Notes: a model not told the origin generated them from the sequence alone. A stretch of DNA of 64,000 nucleotides from an uncultured Collinsella sp. (GCA_902492935.1 CABUNJ010000004.1:38589-102588), one strand, 5' to 3'. Positions 39,483 through 47,047 are shown, numbered from the stretch's first letter. Made by a program: numbers and translations.

Positions 39483-40574
39483 CTACAGTTCAACTTCCAG
39501 TTCGGCTTTGTGTTCGTAGAGGTAGTCGCGCATGTAGGGGATGGCAAATGAGACCTTGCCGTACGAAGGAGCCTCGATAATCGATTCTCTTAACAGGCGG
39601 CTGCGGACGGAGCTCACCTGTTGAGGCGTTTTGTTTAGGGCATCGGCAACCATGCTGCTCGAGCTCGTTTGCCCCAAAGACGCCATGCTCAGCAGATAAG
39701 CGATGCACGTGGGCGGAATGCGCTGCAGCGCGGGCTCAATCACCATGGCGCAGAAGCGTTCGCGTGCCGTTGCAATGCCGCGCTCGGCTTCTTCTTCTCC
39801 AATAATCGCTGTATGTGCGCGTCTCGCCAACTGCCATGCGTAGTATCCAACGAGTTGGATCATGAAAGGATAACCTTGCGTTGCCTCGGCAAGTTGGCCG
39901 GCAATACCTGGCTGCAACTCCATGCCAGACGCTTCAATGGTTTCCTCGAGGGAGTACGACACTTCGGTTACTGCCACAGCCTTCAGGTCAAAGGGGAGGG
40001 CACGGCGAAAAAACGCAAGTGTCTTTCCGTTGATGATGCTTTCAATCATCGAAGGCAGCCCCGCAAAAACAAAGGCGATATCAAGGTCTTCGCCGATAAC
40101 CTGCTGAATCGCAATGGAGAGCGTTCGGACCTCATCGAGCTCTGCGTCTTGAACCTCGTCGAGAGTGATGAGCAGGCCATTTCCATTCTTGGATATTGTC
40201 TGTCTCATGGCGTCGCGTAGCGATGGGCCGATTCGCTCAATGTCTATGCTGCCGATGGATATGCTAGCTACGGTGGGCTCAAATCTGGCGTGTTTGGCCT
40301 GGAATTTGGGCTGCAGCTGTTCGAGAATGCGCTGGCAAAGTCCCTCGGTTGCGACCTCTTTTATGACCGTCCAGCCACGGCTTTGCGCCAAACGTGAGCA
40401 CTCGTCAAGGAGGACCGTCTTGCCCGTTCCACGGACGCCGGCTATGCGCATTAGGCGCCCAGGGGCACCAGGCCCGTTGGTGAGGCCTTCACTGAATTCT
40501 TCAAGTACATCTTCGCGGCCGATAATCGTGGGAGGTGTTTTACCTGCTGTGGGCTTAAAAGGGTTTGTTTGCAT
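39483..40574 (-). CDS. stand-alone AAA/STAND-like ATPase with a C-terminal wHTH-like region
   Basis: Walker A GVRGTGKT, Walker B LLITLDEVQ. ATG 40574 follows AAAGGTGG. Visibly lower GC than its neighbours. Confidence 0.6.
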   Translation of the reverse strand: MQTNPFKPTAGKTPPTIIGREDVLEEFSEGLTNGPGAPGRLMRIAGVRGTGKTVLLDECSRLAQSRGWTVIKEVATEGLCQRILEQLQPKFQAKHARFEPTVASISIGSIDIERIGPSLRDAMRQTISKNGNGLLITLDEVQDAELDEVRTLSIAIQQVIGEDLDIAFVFAGLPSMIESIINGKTLAFFRRALPFDLKAVAVTEVSYSLEETIEASGMELQPGIAGQLAEATQGYPFMIQLVGYYAWQLARRAHTAIIGEEEAERGIATARERFCAMVIEPALQRIPPTCIAYLLSMASLGQTSSSSMVADALNKTPQQVSSVRSRLLRESIIEAPSYGKVSFAIPYMRDYLYEHKAELEVEL

Positions 40575-40594
40575 GTGAGCCACCTTTGCTCAAG

Positions 40595-40634
40595 ATATAG
40601 CAAGCTATAGCAAAGTATAGTGAGATATAGCAAA
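40595..40634. repeat. 4 x 10-bp tandem repeat (minus sense TTTGCTATAT/CTCACTATAC/TTTGCTATAG/CTTGCTATAT)
   Basis: TATAG cores at 40596, 40606, 40616 and 40626, exactly 10 bp apart. About 20 nt upstream of the ATPase start. Confidence 0.7.
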
Positions 40635-40665
40635 GTAAGCGCTACTCGCGGGTTTTGCGGTGGTG

Positions 40666-41346
40666 CTATTTTCCAAATGCCGCGTGGATAAAGCGCTGGG
40701 CGAACAGCTTGTTGGCGACGTTGATGACATGGCCCAGGAACAGCGCCGAGATGGCGGTGGTCACGCCAAAGCCGCCCAGGTTGTGCATGAGCGCGAGCGA
40801 CAGAACGAGAGACACGGCGACATGCGAGCAGTCGAACACGACTTTTACGTCGCCAAAGCGGCGTTTAATCTTTTCGGCAATGACCTGCACCAGGCCGTCG
40901 GGCGCGTTGGGGACAACGCCCATGTTGACGACGAGACTTACGCCAAATGCAGTGACAGCGAGGGAGAGCAGCATGGTCGCAATCTGTGTGGGGAGTGCCG
41001 TGGGATGCAGTGGGTTGACCGCCGTGAAGAGGTCGGTCAAGCCGCCAATCAGCGTTGAGAAGAACAACTCGAGCAGGATGCGCGGCTGGAACTCGCTTCG
41101 CAAGATGGCTAATTGCGCCACGATGTAGGCGACGTAGGTTGCGGTGATCCAAAAGCCGAGCGTCTTGCCCGTGAGCATGGATAGGGTTGTGGCAAAGCAC
41201 GTGAGCGCGGCGACGCCCAGGCCGGATGCCGTCTGGAGACTCATACCGAGTGCCAGTACTGCAACGCCTACCAGATACATCAGCATTCTGATGACGGTAT
41301 GGCACCAGTCGATGTTCTCGCCATGCATGATGATGAGCGGTCGCAT
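40666..41346 (-). CDS. YczE/YitT-like integral membrane protein of unknown function
   Basis: 226 aa with about 6 hydrophobic segments. Confidence 0.55.
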   Translation of the reverse strand: MRPLIIMHGENIDWCHTVIRMLMYLVGVAVLALGMSLQTASGLGVAALTCFATTLSMLTGKTLGFWITATYVAYIVAQLAILRSEFQPRILLELFFSTLIGGLTDLFTAVNPLHPTALPTQIATMLLSLAVTAFGVSLVVNMGVVPNAPDGLVQVIAEKIKRRFGDVKVVFDCSHVAVSLVLSLALMHNLGGFGVTTAISALFLGHVINVANKLFAQRFIHAAFGK

Positions 41347-41378
41347 GTTGCTACCCGTCCTTTCGGTTGTGTGAAAAA

Positions 41379-41506
41379 GCTGACCCGGGCCGGCAAAAGA
41401 GGGTTATCGGAGGCACTGCTGCAAAAGCAGAAAAGCCGGCCCCACGGTCAGTCGTCTAGGAAGTGTCTCGCTGTGCCGGAATGGGACTAAAGGTCCAACG
41501 AGACGG
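41379..41506 (-). promoter_or_regulatory. candidate structured 5' leader RNA (copy 1), paralogous to 45706..45838
   Basis: Shares invariant blocks GGTTATCGGAGGCACTGC (41402..41419) and CCGGAATGGGACT (41476..41488) with copy 2. The closing helix is followed by a U-run. Confidence 0.4.
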
Positions 41507-41525
41507 GAAGAAAACAAATGGCATT

Positions 41526-41583
41526 GCGTGGGCGATAAGATGCCAAGATGGTAGGGTGCGTCTTAGCATCCTATTGCCCACGC
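41526..41583 (-). promoter_or_regulatory. conserved 58-nt 5'-UTR hairpin (copy 1)
   Basis: 44/58 identical to 46987..47044. The differences fall in the stem and are compensated. Confidence 0.45.
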
Positions 41584-41586
41584 TCA

Positions 41587-41602
41587 ACGAAATCGGTTTC
41601 GT
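41587..41602. promoter_or_regulatory. ACGAAATCGGTTTCGT operator (KdgR-like LacI site)
   Basis: Same 16-mer as at the kdgK promoter. Sits just downstream (minus sense) of TATACT. Confidence 0.5.
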
Positions 41603-41655
41603 TTGAGCCTAAGTATACGCACGGGATTTTATTTGCGAAGAGAAAAACAATAAAA

Positions 41656-41671
41656 AGGTGAACGTTCACCT
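41656..41671. promoter_or_regulatory. perfect AGGTGAACGTTCACCT operator upstream of HIT-gntP
   Basis: 16/16 palindrome. Confidence 0.6.
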
Positions 41672-41703
41672 AATCGCAACAACTCGTTGGCTGTATCATG
41701 GCG

Positions 41704-41737
41704 GTAGTCGATACGAAACCGATTTCGTATCGACTAC
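41704..41737. promoter_or_regulatory. 34-bp perfect-arm palindrome embedding ACGAAACCGATTTCGT
   Basis: GTAGTCGATACGAAA-CCGA-TTTCGTATCGACTAC. Confidence 0.55.
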
Positions 41738-41834
41738 GCATGCGTTGTATCTGTCCATTATCTGGTGGTGTAAACGAGGGGTTACACCTGCCGCAAAAGC
41801 GGCATTCATCATTGTCCAGATCGAAAGGATCACC

Positions 41835-42269
41835 ATGGAACAGCATACCGATTGCTCGTACTGCATGTGCGGGACCGACAACACGCTCGTCGATGCCTTT
41901 GGCATCCCCATGCTTGACCTGCCTGCCAGCAAGCTCATCTTGTTTAAGGAGCAGAGTCATAAGGGCCGCGTAATCGTGGCCTCCAAGCAGCACGTCGATG
42001 ACATCTCCTGCATGTCCGAGGAAGACGCCGCCGCCTTTATGGCCGATGTCCGCCACGTCGCGGCAGCGCTGCACAAGGCGTTCAATCCCGACAAGATTAA
42101 CTTTGGTGCCTATGGCGACACCATGCATCACCTGCACGTGCATATCGTCCCCAAGTACAAGGACGACCCGTTTGAGTTTGGTGACGTGTTTGCCATGAAC
42201 CCCGGTCGCGTCACGCTCGAGTCGGCTCAGTACGACGAGATCGCCCAGGCAATTGTCGCCAACCTGTAA
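41835..42269 (+). CDS. HIT family protein
   Basis: ORF 41658..42269. ATG 41835 follows GAAAGGA. Histidine triad HHLHVHIVP. N-terminal CSYCMC. Confidence 0.75.
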   Translation: MEQHTDCSYCMCGTDNTLVDAFGIPMLDLPASKLILFKEQSHKGRVIVASKQHVDDISCMSEEDAAAFMADVRHVAAALHKAFNPDKINFGAYGDTMHHLHVHIVPKYKDDPFEFGDVFAMNPGRVTLESAQYDEIAQAIVANL

Positions 42270-42335
42270 GCGAGTAAAAGCTGCTATTTCGAATAGAAGC
42301 ACTTGGCTTCATTGCCAGTTAAAAGGAGCTTATCT

Positions 42336-43670
42336 ATGAATGCAGGAGTTGTTTCACTCCTTTGGGTGCTGGTGGGCGTAGTCCTGCTGGTCGCCATGAT
42401 CGTTAAGTTTAAAATCAACAGCATCATTGCGCTTATTCTTTCCGCCATTTTTATCGCCCTTGCCGACGGCATCTCTGTGGGCGACCTTGTCACCACCATG
42501 GAAGATGGGCTGGGCGGAACGCTTAAGTCGCTTGCGCTGATCATTATCTTTGGCGCAGCCATCGGAAAACTGATGACCGATTCGGGTGCCTCACAGCAGA
42601 TTGCCGACACTATCGTTGACAAGCTCGGTATTAAGCTGCTGCCTGTTGCGCTTCTGATCATCGGCGTTATCTTTGGTATGAGCATGTTCTACGAGGTGGC
42701 GTTCCTTATCGTTACGCCGCTCGTTATCAGCATCGCCAAAGAGGCCGACATCCCCTATATGCGCCTGATTATCCCGGCTGTTTCTGGTACCACGATGGGC
42801 CATTCTCTTTTTCCGCCGCAGCCTGGTCCTATGGCGCTGGTGAGTGCCTTTGGTGCCGAGGTTCCGCCGGTCTACATCTTTGGTCTGATCGTCACGATTC
42901 CGACACTTATCTGCTCTGGTCTTTTGCTGTGCCATTTCATCCCCGGTCTCGATGACATGCCGCTTGGCAATGTTATGAAGCCGGCGGAGCGCAGGCCCGC
43001 GGACGAGCTTCCGCCGTTCTGGCTTTCCATTCTGGTGCCGCTGTTCCCGGCAATCATCATGATTGGGGCTTCGATTATCAAGAACACGGTGGGCGAGGGT
43101 TGCTTTGCATACGATCTTGCCAGCTGCATCGGTAGCGCAGATATCACTATGCTCATCACGATGATTCTTGCCATGGTTGCGTATGGTTATACGCGCGGCA
43201 TGGATGGCGGAGAGATCTCTAGCTCTATGTCCGATGCTATCAAGGACGTCGCGAACGTGCTGCTCGTTATCGGTGCCGGCGGCATCATGAAGCAGGTCAT
43301 CATTACTTCTGGCGTTGGCGCGACGCTTGCCGACATGGTGAGCCTCATGCCGGTGTCGCCGCTGATTTTGGCTTGGGTGATCACGGTGGTCCTGCGCCTG
43401 CTCACCGGCCAGGGTACCGTCTCGGCCATCACCGCCGCCGGCGTCGTGGCACCTATGGTTACGCAGTTTGGCATCAACCCGGTGCTTGCAGTACTGGTCT
43501 GCGCCTGCGCGTCCAATACCATCACGCCTATGTATGACGGCGGCTACCTGCTGTTCCAGCAGTCGTTTGGCCTGTCGATGAAGGATACCTATAAGACATG
43601 GGGCCTGTTGGAGCTCGTCAACTCCGTTGTCGGCCTCATCATGGTTCTGATCCTGAGCCTGTTTATCTAG
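42336..43670 (+). CDS. GntP family sugar-acid permease (second)
   Basis: ORF 42303..43670. ATG 42336 follows AAGGAG. GntP-like polytopic sequence. Confidence 0.8.
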   Translation: MNAGVVSLLWVLVGVVLLVAMIVKFKINSIIALILSAIFIALADGISVGDLVTTMEDGLGGTLKSLALIIIFGAAIGKLMTDSGASQQIADTIVDKLGIKLLPVALLIIGVIFGMSMFYEVAFLIVTPLVISIAKEADIPYMRLIIPAVSGTTMGHSLFPPQPGPMALVSAFGAEVPPVYIFGLIVTIPTLICSGLLLCHFIPGLDDMPLGNVMKPAERRPADELPPFWLSILVPLFPAIIMIGASIIKNTVGEGCFAYDLASCIGSADITMLITMILAMVAYGYTRGMDGGEISSSMSDAIKDVANVLLVIGAGGIMKQVIITSGVGATLADMVSLMPVSPLILAWVITVVLRLLTGQGTVSAITAAGVVAPMVTQFGINPVLAVLVCACASNTITPMYDGGYLLFQQSFGLSMKDTYKTWGLLELVNSVVGLIMVLILSLFI

Positions 43671-43706
43671 GCGAGAAACGCATAAGACAAGCGTGTCTCA
43701 CCGCAA

Positions 43707-43755
43707 GCCCGCGGACAGTTGCCTATCAAACTGTCCGCGGGCCTTTGCTTTTTAT
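43707..43755 (+). terminator. intrinsic terminator
   Basis: GCCCGCGGACAGT / ACTGTCCGCGGGC stem followed by CTTTGCTTTTT. Confidence 0.7.
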
Positions 43756-43780
43756 ACCAACGGCATGTCGCACCCGTCCC

Positions 43781-43865
43781 CCCCCCATAAGTTGCGGTGG
43801 AATAGTTCCTGTTTTTGCTGCTGAAGGCCTTGAACAGGAACTATTCCACCGCAACTTATGAGGGG
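43781..43865. repeat. AGTTGCGGTGGAATA-family palindromic element (copy 2 of 3)
   Basis: 33-bp arms at 43781..43813 and 43833..43865, 32/33 complementary. Confidence 0.7.
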
Positions 43866-43929
43866 GCGGGGGATGCGATAGTATTACGTGGTGATATTCG
43901 ACAAACCGTGGGCTTCATCCGAGGGCTTT

Positions 43930-44622
43930 ATGGAACAGCACCAGCATTATCAGAGCCTGCAAGACCAGGCATACAACGCACTGCGCTCCAAGATTATCTA
44001 TGCCGAGCTCAAGCCCGGCACGCGCCTTTCGGCGATTGGTCTGGAAAAAGAGACGGGAATCGGGCGCACGCCTATTCGCGAGTCCTTTGTGCGCCTGCGT
44101 GAGCAGGAGCTGGTGGAAACGCGTCCCAAAAGCGGCACCTATGTCTCAAAAATCAGCATGGAGCGCGCCGAGAACGCCTGCTTTTTGCGCGAAAAACTCG
44201 AGAGAAGCGTGCTCATTAAATGCTGCTCTGCCGCCACACCCGAGCAGAAGTGTCGGCTCGAGCAGATTCTTGCCGAGTCCGAGTCGCTCGACCATAGCGA
44301 GACGCGTCGTTTCTTTGATCTGGACAACCTGTTCCATGAGACATGTTTTGAGATTGCCGGTCGTCACATGTTGTGGGATTGGATGAAGAGCATCAACACG
44401 CATTTTGAGCGATATAACTGGTTGCGTATGGTGTCGCAGGATTTGGATTGGGAGCCGATTCGTCGGCAGCATCGCCGGATTCTCGAGGCCATTAAGAGGG
44501 GCGATACCGACGCGGCGAGCTATCTGGCAGAGACACACCTGCACCTGATGCCCGAAGAGCAAGGTCCGGTTATCGCCTTGCATCCCGACTATTTTGAGCT
44601 GTCCAAAGACTCGTTCATCTAA
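43930..44622 (+). CDS. GntR family (FadR/FCD-type) regulator
   Basis: ORF 43888..44622. ATG 43930 follows GAGGG. wHTH LEKETGIGRTPIRESFVRL. Confidence 0.78.
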   Translation: MEQHQHYQSLQDQAYNALRSKIIYAELKPGTRLSAIGLEKETGIGRTPIRESFVRLREQELVETRPKSGTYVSKISMERAENACFLREKLERSVLIKCCSAATPEQKCRLEQILAESESLDHSETRRFFDLDNLFHETCFEIAGRHMLWDWMKSINTHFERYNWLRMVSQDLDWEPIRRQHRRILEAIKRGDTDAASYLAETHLHLMPEEQGPVIALHPDYFELSKDSFI

Positions 44623-44636
44623 TCAATCCCCATATA

Positions 44637-44703
44637 AGTTGCGGTGAAATAGGGACTGTTTTGCGGCCTAGGTGGCGCAAACAGTCCCTATTTCACCGCA
44701 ACT
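44637..44703. repeat. AGTTGCGGTGAAATA-family palindromic element (copy 3 of 3)
   Basis: Perfect 25-bp arms at 44637..44661 and 44679..44703. Confidence 0.7.
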
Positions 44704-44956
44704 GCGTTGGGGCGTAACCGGGGCACAAAGCTGCGGCGCCGCTTGGAGAAAATGACCAGAAGCAAGGGTCCATTCCTCCAGACGGCGCCGCAGCTGTTTT
44801 GATGGCTCAGTTTTTGTCTATGTGGCTCAACTGGGCGCGGTTGCCAGCCGAGTAGGCAAAGCGGCTCGGGGGCGTGTCGCTTCCGTCACGTTCTATCAGC
44901 ATACAAGACGGTTTTGGTTCTTGTTCGTGACGGAAACGGCGCGCTTCCGAGCCGCT

Positions 44957-44996
44957 TTAAAAGAAAGGGGGCGAGGTCTAGGGCACGCCCCCTTTC
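44957..44996 (-). terminator. intrinsic terminator of eda
   Basis: Minus sense: GAAAGGGGGCG-loop-CGCCCCCTTTC followed by TTTTAA. Confidence 0.65.
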
Positions 44997-45013
44997 ACGA
45001 TAGAGAGCTAAAC

Positions 45014-45655
45014 CTAGCCGCGGACCTTCTTGACGACGTCCATGGCCTCGCGGGCGATCTGCTCGACCTTGGAGAAGTCGCCGTCGGCAAACAGGGCCGG
45101 CTTGACCATCCAGGTGCCACCGCAGGCGATGATGGCGGAGGAGCTCAGGTACTCCTCGACGTTGGCGGTGCTCACGCCGCCGGTGGGCATAAAGCGGTGG
45201 CCGACAAACGGAGCGGCGAGGGCCTTGATGGTGTTCAGGCCGCCATACTGGGACGCGGGGAAGAACTTGGTGACCTTGAGGCCCAGGTTCTCGGCTGCGG
45301 TGACCTCGGAGGGGGTCACGGTGCCGGGAAGGACAGGCAGGTCGATATCGATGCAGTGCTTCACGACGTCCTCGTTGTAACCCGGGGAGACGATGAACTT
45401 GGCATCGGCTGCGCGGGCCTGCTCAACCTGCTCGACGGTCAGGACGGTGCCGGCGCCAACGCACATCTCGGGCTCGGCCTCGGCCATAGCGGCGATGCAC
45501 TCGGCGGCGCAGGCGGTGCGGAAGGTGACCTCGGCGGACTTCATGCCAGCTGCCATAAGGGCGTGGGCGAGCGGAGCGGCGTCCTCGACCTTGTCGAGCA
45601 CGACGACCGGCACGATACCCAGGGACTCAAGCGTGGTGTAGAACTGATCGAACAT
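45014..45655 (-). CDS. eda: KDPG / KHG aldolase
   Basis: ORF 45014..45700. ATG 45655 (MFDQFYTT) follows GAAAGGA. VPVVVLD, EVTFRT, GAGTV, KFFPA, GGV blocks. Confidence 0.88.
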   Translation of the reverse strand: MFDQFYTTLESLGIVPVVVLDKVEDAAPLAHALMAAGMKSAEVTFRTACAAECIAAMAEAEPEMCVGAGTVLTVEQVEQARAADAKFIVSPGYNEDVVKHCIDIDLPVLPGTVTPSEVTAAENLGLKVTKFFPASQYGGLNTIKALAAPFVGHRFMPTGGVSTANVEEYLSSSAIIACGGTWMVKPALFADGDFSKVEQIAREAMDVVKKVRG

Positions 45656-45705
45656 GATGTTCCTTTCGATGTGTGGCGCGCATGGGCGCGTGATTGCCAA
45701 ATGTG

Positions 45706-45838
45706 CTGGTCAGGAGCCGATTTTGGATTGGTTATCGGAGGCACTGCTTGGGGTTCAAGCAATTCCAAAACCGGCTGCTCGACCAGTCATGTAGGGAATG
45801 CCAGGCAAAACCGGAATGGGACTTGTGGTTTTGCCCGG
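45706..45838 (-). promoter_or_regulatory. candidate structured RNA element (copy 2) in the 253-nt kdgK-eda spacer
   Basis: Invariant blocks at 45730..45747 and 45811..45823. Helices differ from copy 1 but remain complementary. Confidence 0.4.
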
Positions 45839-45908
45839 CCGGAGGAATCGGGGAGTGGGCCGCAGGGGTATGGGATTGGAAAGCTGCGGCCCGCGGAATG
45901 GAGACGGA

Positions 45909-46943
45909 CTAGCGCGCGACGCGGGTGCCACCGTCGGCGGCGGATGCCACGGCGGCGATCTCGTCAGCGGTCACCAAGTTGGAATCGCCCTTGATGGTGA
46001 GCTTGAGGATCGAGGCTGCAATCGCGTAGTTGACGGCGTCCTGCGGGTCAAAGTCGTTGATGAGGGCATGGACGAGGCCGGCGTTGAAAGCGTCGCCGGC
46101 GGCAACGCCCTCGAGCACGTGCACGTCGTGAGCAGGGGAGAACCAGTGCTCGCCGCTCTCGGCGTCAAAGAGCATGCCCATCCAGATGGAGCGCTCGACG
46201 CAGGAGATGTTGCGGACGACCGAGGCGACCTTCTTGCAGCCGTACTCGGCGCAGATCTGGCGGGCCATCTCGACGTAGGTGTCGCGCTCCTCGATGCCGT
46301 GGGCAAGGGAGCCAGAGACGCAGGTCATGCCGAGGCCGGCAGGCGCGTCCTCGTCATTGGCGATGCAGATGTCGACGAGCGGCAGGAGTTCCTTCATGGT
46401 GGCCTGCGACTTCTCGGGCGACCACATCTTGCCGCGATAATTCACGTCGCACACGGTCGTGATGCCCTTGGCGCGGCAGGCGGTGAGGGCATCCTTGCAG
46501 GCGGCAGCCATCTCATCGGAGACGGCGGGCGTCACGCCGGAGAAATAGAAGACATCGATGCCCTTGAGGATCTCGTCCCAGTCAAAGACATCGCGCTTGG
46601 CCATGTTGATGGCAGAGTACTTGCGGTCGTAGACGCAGCCGTTACCGCGCTGCGAGGCACCGACCTCAAACACATAGGAGCCAAGGCGGTCGCCCTGACG
46701 CACGACGCGCGTGGTGTCGACGCCGTAGGCCTTCAGCGAGCGCAGCGCGCACTCGCCCAGACGGTTGGCCGGGACAACGGAGACGTAAGCGGCCTTGTCG
46801 CCCTGGTAGGCCAGGGAAAGCGCGGTGTTTGCCTCGGCGCCGCCGTAGCGGACATCAAACTCGGTCGCCTGCTCAATGCGCAGGTGGTCTTTGGGCGATA
46901 GCCTCATCATGATCTCGCCGAAGGTAAGAACCGTTTTACCCAT
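45909..46943 (-). CDS. kdgK: 2-dehydro-3-deoxygluconokinase (PfkB family)
   Basis: ORF 45909..47048. ATG 46943 (MGKTVLTFGE) follows GAAGGAG. PfkB motifs GGAEAN and DxxGAGDAF. Confidence 0.82.
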   Translation of the reverse strand: MGKTVLTFGEIMMRLSPKDHLRIEQATEFDVRYGGAEANTALSLAYQGDKAAYVSVVPANRLGECALRSLKAYGVDTTRVVRQGDRLGSYVFEVGASQRGNGCVYDRKYSAINMAKRDVFDWDEILKGIDVFYFSGVTPAVSDEMAAACKDALTACRAKGITTVCDVNYRGKMWSPEKSQATMKELLPLVDICIANDEDAPAGLGMTCVSGSLAHGIEERDTYVEMARQICAEYGCKKVASVVRNISCVERSIWMGMLFDAESGEHWFSPAHDVHVLEGVAAGDAFNAGLVHALINDFDPQDAVNYAIAASILKLTIKGDSNLVTADEIAAVASAADGGTRVAR

Positions 46944-46986
46944 GGTCGCGTAGCTCCTTCTTGCTCGTGCGTACACCTTTGATATG

Positions 46987-47044
46987 GCGTTGGCACGCAG
47001 GTGCCAAGACGGTAGGGTGCGTCTTTGCACCTGCGTGCCAACGC
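46987..47044 (-). promoter_or_regulatory. conserved 58-nt 5'-UTR hairpin (copy 2)
   Basis: Perfect basal stem GGCACGCAGGTGC/GCACCTGCGTGCC. The apical part is identical to copy 1. Confidence 0.45.
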
Positions 47045-47047
47045 TCA

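Noticed and set aside
45795-45838. Resemblance of AGGCAAAACC in copy 2 to BglG/SacY RAT antiterminator targets and to the GGGCAAACC of c-di-GMP-I; resemblance of GCCUCCGA to my recollection of a Moco-motif block
   Set aside because: The similar words are absent from copy 1 or occur in the wrong order or strand context. No other hallmark nucleotides of those classes are present, and the gene context does not fit.
44822-46901. Plus-strand ORFs 44822..45994 (390 aa) and 45798..46901 (367 aa) across the eda/kdgK region
   Set aside because: They are shadow ORFs opposite eda and kdgK. The first also runs through terminators and hairpin repeats.
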